From assembly GCF_006345805.1 (NCBI RefSeq), contig NC_042998.1, positions 53,320,001 to 53,384,000 of the forward strand: a DNA stretch of 64,000 nucleotides, given 5' to 3'. The position numbers were made by a program, and so were the translations under genes. Shown in pieces: positions 27,626-39,947 of this stretch. This DNA comes from Octopus sinensis (taxonomy: Eukaryota). Under the pieces are notes generated by a model. The model worked only from the letters and a program-made list of their open reading frames with translations. It did not search any database and was not told the DNA's origin. Every line of letters starts with the position of its first letter. The first letter of the stretch is position 1.

Positions 27626-27891
27626 TTTTAACATAGGCACAAGGCCGCAAACTTTGTAGAAGGACACAGTTTCCTATTGTAATTATTTATTCTACTGTCA
27701 CAAGGTCTGACATTTGGAGGTACTTATTTTATCGACCCCAAGAGGCAAAGTAAACCTCGCAGAGTTTGAACTCAAAACGTAAAGAGAACGAAATGCTAAG
27801 TATTTTGTCCATCGCGCTAACGATTCTGTCAGCTTACCACCTTCTAGGTGTCTGTGGAAATGCAAGACGTATGTAGGATGTATAATAAGTA

Positions 27892-28284
27892 TGTAGCATA
27901 CCTCGGTGATAACCTCACTGTTTGAGAGATATAATACAAGTCACGTCGTGGTAGATAGCAGCCATCCTTCAGCTACTTAGGACCAGTTGTGTCCGCTGCT
28001 GTGATTGGTTGGTTTTGTAGCGTTTAGTGAAATACATTGTCGTAGACAATAGAAAAATGTCAAATGTAAATAGTCTTTGCAAGTTTCTTGGGCCAGTGAA
28101 TAGTTCGGCCAGTCCTGGTGACATAGGGTCTGTCTCTCGGCAGCAGAAAGCAAAAAGAATAGCGGTAAAAGCTAGCTGCTGCTGATTACTGCGCATGCGC
28201 ATAAGGGACTTCCGGAAGACACTAATCATTGCGCATGCGCAGATGAAGATCCCAAAATGGCGTCTGAAACCTGGCGTCACAACA
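27892..28284 (-). mobile_element. Solo LTR of a related gypsy family
   Basis: Minus strand reads TGTTGTGACGCC...ATGCTACA. 4-bp TSD AGTA at 27888-27891 and 28285-28288. Shares GCGCATGCGC and ACTTCCGG motifs with the full-length element's LTR. Confidence 0.75.
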
Positions 28285-31056
28285 AGTATATTAATTTCTA
28301 ACATATAAACAAGGTTTCAAATTTTGCAAAAAGGTATTATCGATAATATAACTCCCAGTACTTGACCTCTACTTTAGTGTATGGACCACGAACGGATGAA
28401 AGGCCCAGCTGACTACCTCCGTATTTTAACTCACTAACTAAAGGGATAAAGCGACATAACTTAATACGACATCGTATTTCATTGCTGCTCTGAAGTTTTC
28501 AAACTATTAATAATAAATAAAGAAATTATAAGACAGAATAAGAAATGAGTGGAACAATTCAACGCACGATATTTCGTTCACTGAACAAACTGTGGATTCA
28601 TTTTTAATTAATGTAACTACTTAAAGACAGCAACTTAGCAGAATCATTAGCACGCCCGACAAAATGCTTCGCAGCATTTTTTGTCCGACTCTTTACGTTC
28701 AAATTTCACCGAGGTGGACATTGCCTTTCATTCTTTCATGGTCAACAAAATAAGTATCTGTCGAGCTATGGAAAAGAATTGACTTATCCCCTACCATCAA
28801 ACTATTTGCCTTGAGCCAAAATTTGAAGCTGGGCAGAACCGTCTAGACGCCGAGCAAAATACTCCCGGCTCTTTATGTTCTGAGTTCAAATTCTGCCGAG
28901 GTCGATATGCCTGTCATTGTTTCGGAGTCGATAAAATACTTACCAGTAGAGAAACGTGGTCGATGTGATCGACTCACCTCTCTCGTAAAATTGCTGGCTT
29001 TGTGTCAAAATTTTAATCCAGTTAACGTTAAATAAAAAGATACGCTTTTGAATGTCTTTGAATGCCGATGACATTCAAAGTTGCAATAAGAATTTTTTTT
29101 TATCATGTTGTAAGTTTTAAAACTATCATTCATCAAGCTGAAACCACCACCTTACACTTTTCATTTGATGCAATCCTTTTAGATTTCTACGTCACTTCCT
29201 TCTTTGAGTCAACAAAACGGCCTCTACATAGCTGTTTTATTTGCTAGCCATAACAGTCAAGTCTCCATTGCATCACACAGTGCTGCAGTGGTTCTCAGAC
29301 AGTGGCTCGCAAAAGTTTTAATCAGGGGTTTGCTCGATCGCAGTTGGATTTTAATTGTTTGTTTATTCATACGTTTCGTCTCATTCGATAACCAGACCCC
29401 AATGTTTGTTTTGACTGTCCTCGTATCGTCCTCGCTTTTTCTCAACCTCATGGTTAATAAAGAAATTGACTGGGGTCTAAACAACAGCAGCTACAACAAC
29501 AGCCGTTCAAGAATTTGGACCTGGAGATCTCCATTTCCAGCGATTTCGAGGGCCACCTCCCAGTGGTGTCGGGCGTCAACGAAGAGCCCTCGACCACAAC
29601 AAGACGACCAAAGTTTTGTTTTTCCAAGGTCTGGGGTCTCCCGCCCCTAAGCCTTAGACCATCACCTAATCACCCTTACCCGTCTTGTTGCTTAACAACA
29701 ACAACAGCAGCAGCAGCAGCAGCAACAACAACAGCTACCACTACTACTACTACAACTACTGTAATCTGTTTCTTTATTACCCACAAGGGGCTAAACATAG
29801 AGGGGACAAACAAGGACAGACAAACGGATCAAGTCGATTACTTCGACCCCAGTGCGTAACTGGTACTTAATTTATCGACACCGAAAGGATGAAAGGCAAA
29901 GTCGACCTCGGCGGAATTTGAACTCAGAACGTAACGGCAGACGAAATACGGCTACGCATTTCGCCCGGCGTGCTAACGGTTCTGCCAGCTCGTCGCCTTG
30001 TACTACTGTAATCTTAATGTAATTTCTGCAGAGAACGTAAAAAAGAAGAATCTTGAAAGGCAAAAGGATATACGCTTCTGAAGTTTCATGCTAATGATTC
30101 TGAATAGTTATGAAGGCTCTTCTGTTTTTAGTTTCTTTAGATATGTATCAATTAATCACTCTTGATTTATTAGATTTTGGAAAAGCTAGGTTATAAGTTA
30201 CAGAAGAAGCAAGTTGATAAATTGCATACAGGAGACATTTTGACATCTAGTTAACCCAAATTTATTAAAGAAGGGCATGTTTGATAGTGTTATCCGTAAA
30301 ACTCTTTCTAAATATCAGTAAATATGTGTAGCTGTCTCAAGCAGATGGTATTTTAGTATCATCATCGTAATATATGGTATTTTATCTATTAGTTTTTTTT
30401 TCCTCATATGTGATCATTTTAGATTCATTGCCATCATGCCGATCAGGCATTTGACCATCTTGCAGTTTACCGTCGTAAAATAGTTTAAGTAAACTGTCTT
30501 TAAAAACAATTTTAGTAAATTGTGATAGAAAATGAAATTGGCGATAGTGACATACCAAAATTTCACAAAAGGAAGATAAAGAACTCCTTAACTAAGCCAT
30601 GTTCACATCTACATATATAGAATAGTCTAACGTTGTATTAAGTATTACAGAAAGAGCAGTTGAGGTACACCATTCCAACGTACTCTACCCAGCAAGGAAC
30701 ACTACTGAAAAGGCAATTCAGTGGCTTGCATGCTGACTATATGAATAAGTTCCATCTAGTCACTTCCGGTTTCTATAGCAATTTACTTTCAAATTTTTTA
30801 TAACAATTCACTTTCACTTTTTTTTTAAAGATAATAAACTGCAGGTTAACTCAGACATTTTATCCAATCAGATTTTTAAGCTAATCAGAAAAAAGTAGTG
30901 TGCAGAGCCTAATTTTGACAATATCAACCAAGTGAAAAAATTTTAAATTCATTGGCTGTCTTTTGGCTCAGTGCCTCCATACTAGACAAGTCTGTCACTC
31001 TCTTCCGTACCGTTGACTGTGTCTGAGCTCTCTCTCTCTCCCTCCCCCACTCTCTA

Positions 31057-31128
<72 letters not shown>

Positions 31129-31317
31129 GTTCTTTCATTGCCTTGATTTGAATTAAGGTCTTAAAAATTTTCTCGAAAAATCTGTAAACTCGAATCACGT
31201 GTTATGCAACTATTTTGTTGGTACTAAGGAAGCCAAATTGTATACAACTAATTTCTACTATTATAACTACGAATAATATTCTAATGTTTTATATATATAT
31301 TTTTTTCATATTGAATC

Positions 31318-31745
31318 TGTAGTGATGCTACTGTGTAGGGTTCGGCGCGCATGCGCAGAATGGGACTACTTCCGGGTGGCCACCGGAAGTCTTCCCCATG
31401 CGCATGTGCGGGAAAACATCTCTCGAGCCCGCGAACCTCAAATCTCTCTCTTCGGCTCAAGACAGCACTGCGATCGGTCACGGTTTTCCTGGCTCTGACA
31501 GCCACACACCAGCTTCAACCAACTTCAACCAACCTCAACCAACCTCAACGACCAACACCAGCAGTATCTCAGAGGCTGTCTATTCCCCCATCAGACAACG
31601 TACAACCATGAATCAATAAACCAAGTTGTCTGTTCACCTTTAACCTGAGTTTCGTCTGTTTGTTTTCTACAAGAATTTTTGTATGTGACTAGAAAGGATC
31701 TCGACACCCTGCCAGTGCTTCGATGATAGATCCTTTCACGTTACA
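31318..31745 (+). repeat. 5' LTR (428 bp)
   Basis: Begins TGTAGTGATG, ends CACGTTACA, contains AATAAA. Matches the 3' LTR except for two short indels. Confidence 0.96.
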
Positions 31746-31747
31746 AT

Positions 31748-31757
31748 TGGTGACCCC
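31748..31757 (+). promoter_or_regulatory. Primer binding site, tRNA-Trp type
   Basis: TGGTGACCCC lies 2 nt after the 5' LTR and is complementary to the tRNA-Trp 3' end (...GGGGUCACCA). Confidence 0.8.
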
Positions 31758-32122
31758 TAGTTGAGAAAAAGAACAGGATAGAAGAAGACACAGCGAACAG
31801 GTTTTTTTTTGGGGCGAAGAGCGCGGAAATTCACATTTATTTTCCTATTTTCTCTTTTCAGCACGGCGAGGTGGGTCAAATAACCTTATTCATCGCACAC
31901 AGTACAAAAAAAAAAAAAAAAGAGAAAGAAAACACAACACATTCATTTTTTTTTTCCTTTTCTGTATTTTGTTTTCCTTGTACACACTTATTCCTTTTTT
32001 TGCTACCCACGAGGTGCACACACAAACACAATTTTCAATTGCCTTCTCGGTTCCACGTGTTCTCTCTCCGTTTCTCGACCATACCTTCTGCCCCCTTCTC
32101 ACAGACTCCTTCCGACAAAGGC

Positions 32123-32860
32123 ATGGCTTCAGGTTTGCCTTCATTTACGGGGGATGCGGGGCTGTGGTTTGCACAGGTGGAGTCACACTTTGCCGCGCAT
32201 ACCATTCCGCCACAACAGCAGTTACATCTACTGTTTTCAGTTTGCCTCCCGGCTCGCAACATCGGTCAGGGATCTCATTGTGAGTCCCCATCCTGACGCC
32301 ACATATGCGTCAGTAAAGGCGGAGATCCTCCGTCGCAACACGCGCTCAGAGGAATGTCAGTTTAATGAACTGATGGCCGACGAGCAGTTAGGGGACAGAA
32401 CTCCATCCCAATTTCTGCGCCATCTAAGAGAGCTAAGCGGCAACGCCGCTGACGCGCCGCTCTTACGCAAGATATTTTTCTCAAGGCTGCCTGCCCACGT
32501 GCAGACAATGTTGGCCACGGCACTGGATGCTGTGTCTGTGGACCAGATCGCCACGATGGCCGACAAAGTGTTGGAGTTTTCGCGCCCATCTCCCTCGCGG
32601 GGCCTGTACGCATGTACAGAGCCCTCCCCCCCGACACCTCCGACGAACGATAAACTGGCCGAGAACATCGACGCGCTTACGCGGAGGATCGATGATCTGT
32701 GCCGTGCGATCGGACGCCAATCTCGTAGTCGCAGTAGCTCTTTCCCGCATCGAGGAGTGACTCTGTTTCTCGTTCCGGCTGGTGCTGGTACCATTCGAGA
32801 TATGCCGAAAAGGCAGATCGGTGTACCCAGCCGTGCACTTTCAAGCCCTCGGAAAACTAA
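32123..32860 (+). CDS. gag: Gag (frameshifted in this sequence)
   Basis: MASGLPSFTGDAGLWFAQVESHF start, then LGDRTPSQFLRHLR, then the Cys/His motif CWYHSRYAEKADRCTQPC, ending KPSEN-stop. Pieces lie in different frames. Confidence 0.85.
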
Positions 32861-35800
32861 ATCCGGAGGAGGTGAGCACGTCACCTTCTTCCATCTCGTT
32901 TCCCAAACATCGTGCATTCTATGTAAAAGATCTGGTGTCGAAGACATTCTTCATGGTAGACACCGGCTCCTGTTGCAGCATCTGGCCCCTTCGTCTGGCT
33001 GCAGACAAGCCGAAGCGCTCTTCGATTGTCTTGCATGCTATTGACTCGTCTCCCATAACCACTTACGGTCAGGTTTCGCTGCGCCTCAACCTCAACCTTC
33101 GTCGAGATTTTCGATGGGTTTTCGTCATCGCTGACATCCCACATCCTATTCTCGGCGCTGATTTCCTGGATAGGTTTAACCTATTGGTGGATGTCAGGCG
33201 TCGGAGGCTTCTTGATAGCACGACGTCGCTCTCTACAACGACTGGGAGTTCCACCACTGCGGTCCTTAGCCCGACATTCTTTGTTGCCACCTCTGGAGAC
33301 CCTTTTCACTCTCTTTTGGTTTCATTTCCGGAGCTAGTGGACATTGCCTTTAAACCGGAAAATCCCACCCACTCGACCCTCCATTTCATCACCACCAATG
33401 GGCCACCTGTATTCTCACGCCCCCGGCGCCTAGCGCCAGACCGACTTAAAACGGCCAGAGCCGAGTTTGAGCACATGCTTCAACTTGGCATTATACGCCC
33501 CTCCACCAGCCCATGGGCATCTCCCCTTCATTTGGCGCGAAAGGGCGAGTCTGATTTTCGCCCGGTTGGAGACTATCGACGCCTCAATGCCGTCACAATA
33601 GCCGATCGCTATCCGATTAGAAATCCGGGACTTTACAGCAAATCTCCATGGTTGTACCATTTTTTCGAAGTCGATCTGATACGCGCTTACCACCAAATAC
33701 CGGTCAACCCAGCCGACGTTCCAAAAACTGCAATCACTACCCCGTTTGGGTGTTTTGAGTTTTTGTACATGAGTTTCGGTTTGCGGAATGCTACTAGCAC
33801 CTTCCAGCGTTTCATTGATGAGGTTGTCCGCGGTCTTGATTTTGTGTTTGCCTATGTCGATGACATACTCATTGCGAGCGACACACGAGAAAATCATCTC
33901 CGGCACCTTTCTCAACTCTTCCAGCGTCTTCGCGCGTATAGCATACGCATAAACCCCGACAAGTGTGTTTTCGGACGCTCTTCCCTAGATTTTCTAGGGC
34001 ATCATATTGATTCGACTGGAATCAGCCCCCTCTCGTCAAAAGTCGATGCCATTCAACGCATCGCACCCCCCACTTCCTTGCGCCAGCTCAGGCATTATCT
34101 AGGGATGGTCAATTTCTACCGACGCTTCATTCCCGGTTGTGCAGATAAGCTGCTACCTCTCACCAGGCTGTTAAAGGACTCTCCTAGAAAGGACAGTCAA
34201 GTCACCCTCTCTGTTGAGGCAGTGACAGCCTTTGAGTCCATTAAGAAGGAGCTGGCTTCTGTTTCTTTGCTTGCACATCCAGTTCCTGGTGCTTCTCTCT
34301 CTTTGACTGTGGACGCATCGGACACTGCGATTGGCGCTGTGTTACAACACACAGTGGATGACCATGTTCGACCTCTAGCTTCTTTTCCCGTCAACTGCAA
34401 CCAGCTGAACGACGATACAGCACCTTTGATCGTGAGCTCCTAGCGATCTACCTATCGGTTCGTCATTTCCAGCATCAACTTGAAGGGCGAGATTTTGTGA
34501 TCTATACGGATCACAAGCCCCTTACGTTTGCCCTGTTTTCAAAAACGGACAAACTCTCACCCCGTGCTTTTCGGCACCTGGATTTTATCTCTCAATTTAC
34601 TAGCAACATTCGACACATACCTGGAAAAGAGAACGTTCCTGCTGACGCTCTCTCTCGCCTTCCAGTTTGCGCCCTTTCGTCTCCTGCTGCTATCGACTTA
34701 GCTGCCATATCGCAGGAGCAGCCACCTTTGGCGTCGTTAGATTTAACTTCTCCCAAGTTCTCCTGTTGCCAGTTTTCCTACCTTCCGCTTCCGTCAGCCG
34801 AAGGCACCATTCTTTGTGACACTTCAACTGGATCTCCCAGGCCACTGGTGCCTGAGACCCATCAACGCTCAGTGTTTGAAGCACTGCACTCCTTATCACA
34901 TCCTGGCATCGCTGCCACCCTCAAACTAATCACTGCTCGGTTTTTCTGGCCGAATATGCGTCGCACAATTACTTGTTGGACACGCACCTGCTCCAAGTGT
35001 CAACGATCCAAGATTCAACGGCACGTTCGTGCCCCGCTTGGACAATTCCCCCCACGGAGGCCCGTTTTCGCCATGTCCACATCGATCTGGTTGGACCATG
35101 GCCTGTGAGTCGCGGGTTCTCTTATCTATTAACTTGTGTCGATCGTTTCTCCCGCTGGCCAGAAGCCATTCCAATAGCAGACATTTCTGCTGAGACTGTT
35201 GCGCGAGCTTTCGTTTCAAACTTGATTTCTCGCTTCGGAGTCCCGTCCGATTGACAACTGATCGTGGACGACAGTTTGAGGCCTCGCTATTTCGCGAATT
35301 GTCGCGAATTTTGGGTATGCACCATATCCACACCACAAGCTACCATCCAGCGTCTAATGGATTGGTTGAGCGGTTCCATAGACAGCTCAAGGCCGCTCTT
35401 CGTGCCTCTTCGGACCCACAGTCCTGGATCGAATTTTGCCCATTGTGCTTCTCGGCTGTCGGACTGCTGTCAAGGCAGACCTGGGGTTTTCTGCTGCAGA
35501 GCTGCTGTATGGTACCACACTGGCATTGCCCGGTACGATGTTGGTGCCAGACACTTCCCCGCCCCATGATCCGGCGACCTATGTCACCAGACTGCGGGAA
35601 TATTTTTCAAACCTTCCGCCCATGCTTCCCAGAAAGCAATCTCCACCGTCCCATCTTCCACCGGATATGAACCTGGTCGCATGTTTTTGTTCGGGACGAT
35701 TCTGTGAAGGGCCCACTTGTTTCTCCCTATAAAGGACCTTTTCGTGTGCTGTCTCGCACACCAAAGGTTTTCACGATTGAGATAAATGGTCGTTCGGAGA

Positions 35801-35889
35801 CCGTTTCCGTGGACCGGTTAAAAAAGGCACATTTTGAGACGTCTTCATCTTTTGATGACAACCTTGACACACCCACCTATGCACTTTAA
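32851..35889 (+). CDS. pol: Pol polyprotein (protease, RT, RNase H, integrase) with several frameshifts
   Basis: Protease VDTGS; RT YVDDILI; RNase [13 protein letters not shown] and YTDHKPL; integrase [34 protein letters not shown]; C-terminal [15 protein letters not shown]. Confidence 0.93.
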
Positions 35890-35945
35890 CAACGCCTTCA
35901 CCTGCACAAACGCCTTCACCTGCACAAACGCCTTCACCTGCACAA
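35889..35945 (+). repeat. Three tandem ~19-bp units at the end of pol
   Basis: AACGCCTTCACCTGCACA(A) repeated three times. Confidence 0.85.
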
Positions 35946-36188
35946 TCAACCTTCACCGGCTCCTACAACACCACCCTCGCCGTCAACGGGTGCCCCGAGC
36001 ACACCGTATGTTACAAAATCGGGCAGAACAGTGCATTGGCCCAAGAAACTTTCAAAAACAATTACATTTAACTTTCTTTAAAATGTTTCTTATTGTATAA
36101 TAGTATGTACCAAGTCTTCTGGGGGATCGGCAAGCCTTCTGTTTTCTGCAGCACCACCACAATATTCTGGTTGCCGTACTTCGCACTC

Positions 36189-36200
36189 GGAGGGGAGCCC
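36189..36200 (+). promoter_or_regulatory. Polypurine tract
   Basis: GGAGGGGAGCCC directly before the 3' LTR. Confidence 0.85.
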
Positions 36201-36620
36201 TGTAGTGATGCTACTGTGTAGGGTTCGGCGCGCATGCGCAGAATGGGACTACTTCCGGGTGGCCACCGGAAGTCTTCCCCATGCGCATGTGCGGGAAAAC
36301 ATCTCTCGAGCCCGCGAACCTCAAATCTCTCTCTTCGGCTCAAGACAGCACACTGCGATCGGTCACGGTTTTCCTGGCTCTGACAGCCACACACCAGCTT
36401 CAACCAACTTCAACCAACCTCAACGACCAACACCAGCAGTATCTCAGAGGCTGTCTATTCCCCCATCAGACAACGTACAACCATGAATCAATAAACCAAG
36501 TTGTCTGTTCACCTTTAACCTGAGTTTCGTCTGTTTGTTTTCTACAAGAATTTTTGTATGTGACTAGAAAGGATCTCGACACCCTGCCAGTGCTTCGATG
36601 ATAGATCCTTTCACGTTACA
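36201..36620 (+). repeat. 3' LTR (420 bp)
   Basis: Direct repeat of the 5' LTR, preceded by a polypurine tract. Confidence 0.96.
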
Positions 36621-37497
36621 AATCAATATTGAATCTCTTATTACTTTGGCATTATTCAAAGTTATGGGTCTTTATTTATAGCTAAATTTATAGAAACTTC
36701 ATATTTCTACAAGAGATCTACATACTTATTTACTACCGAAGTGGAGGGAATATGTGATACGGCAGAATTCAATGCTAGTCGGAATCATAAATAATCGATT
36801 GTTGGTCGAGTGTCTCTTCCTTCAATTTTGGTTACATATAAACATATAAACATGAGTTTATATATATATTGTTATCATTAATAATCTGCAGTAGTTACAG
36901 GGTACTCAAGAGCCGAGAGCATGTCATAAAGAGACCCCGAATTAAAAGAATATAGAAATGGATCTCCATCGATTCCGTCGTTATTAAGCCGGTGTTTGGA
37001 AGGTGAATTAACATGACGGAAGTTTCTAATTTAGGTCACTTTGAGGCAGGTAGAGTATAACAGTAGTTCCGAACCTGAGGTCCGCAAACGTAGTACTGGG
37101 AGTCCGTAAACTAATTCAACTATACTATACTAGCAGTATAGCCCGGCGTTGCTCGGGTTTGTTTTTTAGTTGCGCTTAAACCGGCAGACTTTGATGTCGC
37201 GTTAACAAAGTTTTGACATAGTTTCAATCTATGAATAAAAGTATAGTGTGGCGATGCTCGAATTTTCTCTGAATGTGCTGCAAATGTGTAATGCCGACTT
37301 CAATTGTTGATATTGTTGGTTAATATTCCTTCTATTAACATTATGGAGAGAAAAAATTACCCGTAGATTTAAAGCAAAATGAAGCTCAAATTTCGAATTG
37401 CACTGAAAATCTATTAAGAGGTTAACACTGCAACACTATTCGTTAAGAAAAAGTACAGGAAAATCAGTGTTGAAAAGTGCGTTCAAAAGGAAAAGAT

Positions 37498-37532
<35 letters not shown>

Positions 37533-37533
<1 letters not shown>

Positions 37534-38208
37534 TAGCAGTATCGCCCGGCGTTGCTCGGGTTTGTAAGGGAAATAACTATATAAGCATTTTTAGAGAGTT
37601 ATAGCCAAAAAATAGCAAAAAATGCATTAAAATGGAAAAAATATGATGGTAAATTTTTTGAAAAATCGTTGACTCATCGTAGACATTTTTAGAGAGTTAC
37701 TTCCCTTATATAATAGCGAAAAAATGCATTAAAATGGAAAAAAAACGATGGTAATTTTTTTTTAAATCGTAGACTCATGTAGACGCTTTCTTAGCCATTT
37801 CTGTTTTGGTGTCTTCAAGCCATGAAGTCGTTGTTCTAAAAGAACGCTGGTCTCCTTGACAACGCATTACGACGTTGATTTCCTTAAACTCCCTTCCCCA
37901 CAGCTTCACGAGGGAGGGAAGAAGGAGGGGAAGCAAACACAGGTGCAGGTGTTTGAGCGTGGACGCCAACTCCACCGCCATCGACACACGAAAAATTATG
38001 CATTAAAATGGAATAAAAAATGATGTTAAATTATTTTTAAAATCGTAGACTCATCGTAGACGCGCGCTAATACTCAGACGGGCTCGATATGAATCACGAC
38101 TATAAGCTACCCGAATTTGGTTAAACTGCACCGCAAAATGTGGGAGTAGTTAGGAATCTAAATCGAAGGGGACAGACACTCACACAACTACAGTTTTATA
38201 TATATAGA
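37533..38208 (-). mobile_element. Non-autonomous Helitron, family A long variant
   Basis: Same termini and 3' hairpin. Confidence 0.85.
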
Positions 38209-38224
38209 TATACATAGCGCAGTA

Positions 38225-38665
38225 GTGGTGAGATGTGACAGCAAAGAAAAGCATACATTCACTCTCTGCATGCAATTAGACTCGGAAAGTTCGTGAGGAA
38301 CCCATTGACCCAATTTGCTGACTTTTCCGATAGCACACAGGTCTCAATGAATGGTTGAATGACCAAATCCAAGCTTCTCTGCTAGTTCCTCAACAGTTAC
38401 GATGAGATTTTGTTCCACCAGGGTTTTCAGGATGTCCTTGTCGAGTTCTACAGATCTTTCAGGATGAGGCTCGTCTTCTAGGCTGTTCCAATATAGCTTT
38501 GAAAAAAATAGCTGTTAAAATCGAAATGCACTCTTCAAAACTTGCACTATGAATAAGGACAAGATAAAATTACTACCTGCTTTTATAGCAAGTTAATATA
38601 AGTAGTTCATCCCATTCCGCTCTGACTTTTAGTTCAAGCTGTTGAAAAAACCGCATTATTATACA
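38225..38665 (-). pseudogene. Mariner transposase fragment
   Basis: Minus strand SLEDEPHPERSVELDKDILKTLVEQN..TVEELAEKLGFGHSTIH*..GKVSKLGQWVPHEL contains the mariner WVPHEL motif. Confidence 0.85.
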
Positions 38666-38677
38666 TACATACATACA

Positions 38678-38709
<32 letters not shown>

Positions 38710-39037
38710 CACACACACTCTCTCTCTCTCACACACATGCACACATTTATATTCTGTTATTCTTTTATATGTTTCAGCCTTGAGGTTGTGGCCATGCTGG
38801 ATCATGTGTGTGTGTGTGTGTCTATCTGTCTGTCTGTCTGTATGTATATATGTATATGTATGTGTGTGAACAATAATATTTACAACAGATGTGTTGCAAA
38901 TGTATCTGATTGTTCTCAAGCTTCAATACTGTGTGTGTGTGTATGTGTGTGTGTGTGTGTATGTATGTCTGTATATGTATGTATGTATATGTATGTATGT
39001 ATGTGTGTATGTATGTATGTGTGTGTGTATGTATGTA

Positions 39038-39072
<35 letters not shown>

Positions 39073-39553
39073 ATGTATGTATGTATGAGTGTATGTTTAC
39101 TTTATTACTAACACAAGCCACTACGGTTATTTATGTAAAGTCTTCCTCAAATCACTATCTCTGGCTATTTACTCTCTTCCAAGAACATTTTCACTCACAC
39201 TTATGTGTTAGCTTCCCATACATTTTACTCATGTATCTATCAACGTGATAGAGAGAAACAAATATTACATCTAGTTTCACTTTATTCGTTGCCCACTGTG
39301 TGTGTGCGTTTGCGTGTGGTGTAAACCAGACTAAGAAAAGCATTTGACACACACACCAGAATGTGAGTTTTCTGTAAATTTTGCTTAATTGGAGTTTAAA
39401 TTTTAAAAACTGGACCTGACATGACGCGATGCATTGTACTCTTAAAAATGCTAGGTAAATTGTAATTGAAGAAATCCTATATTGTAGATTTGTATAACTC
39501 CCAAAGGGAGGCAGATAAAATCTGCCTTTTATAATAAGAGATATATATATATA

Positions 39554-39947
39554 CTAGCAGTATCGCCCGGCGTTGCTCGGGTTGTAAGGGAAATAACTAT
39601 ATAAGCATTTTTAGAGAGTTATAGCCAAAAAATAGCAAAAAAAATGCATTAAAAATTGAAAAAAAATTAAGGTAAATTTTTTTTAAATCGTTGACACATC
39701 GTAGATATTTTTAGAGAGTTACTTCCCTTATATAAAAGCGAAAAAAATGCATTAAAATGGAAAAATATGATGGTAAATTTTTTTAAAATCGTAGACTCAT
39801 CGTAGACGCGCGCTAATACCCAGAAGGGCTCGATATGAATCACGACTATAAGATACCCGCTTTTGGTTAAACTGCACCGCAAAATGTGGGAGTAATTACG
39901 AATGTAAATCGAAGGGGACAGCACACAACTTCACTCTTATATAAAGA
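39554..39947 (-). mobile_element. Non-autonomous Helitron, family A
   Basis: Same termini and 3' hairpin. Confidence 0.85.

Larger units (their letters stand above)
31318..36620 (+). mobile_element. Full-length Ty3/gypsy LTR retrotransposon, very recent insertion
   Basis: TGT...ACA LTRs at 31318-31745 and 36201-36620. 4-bp TSD AATC at 31314-31317 and 36621-36624. PBS and PPT present. Domain order gag-PR-RT-RH-IN. Confidence 0.97.

Noticed and set aside
32357-32947. 196-aa antisense ORF in gag
   Set aside because: It is most simply a shadow of the GC-rich sense frame and has no recognisable motif.
38642-39248. Cys/Val/Tyr/His-rich ORFs
   Set aside because: They are translations of (TG)n and (TATG)n microsatellites. 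The same applies to the YIYIYI ORFs elsewhere.
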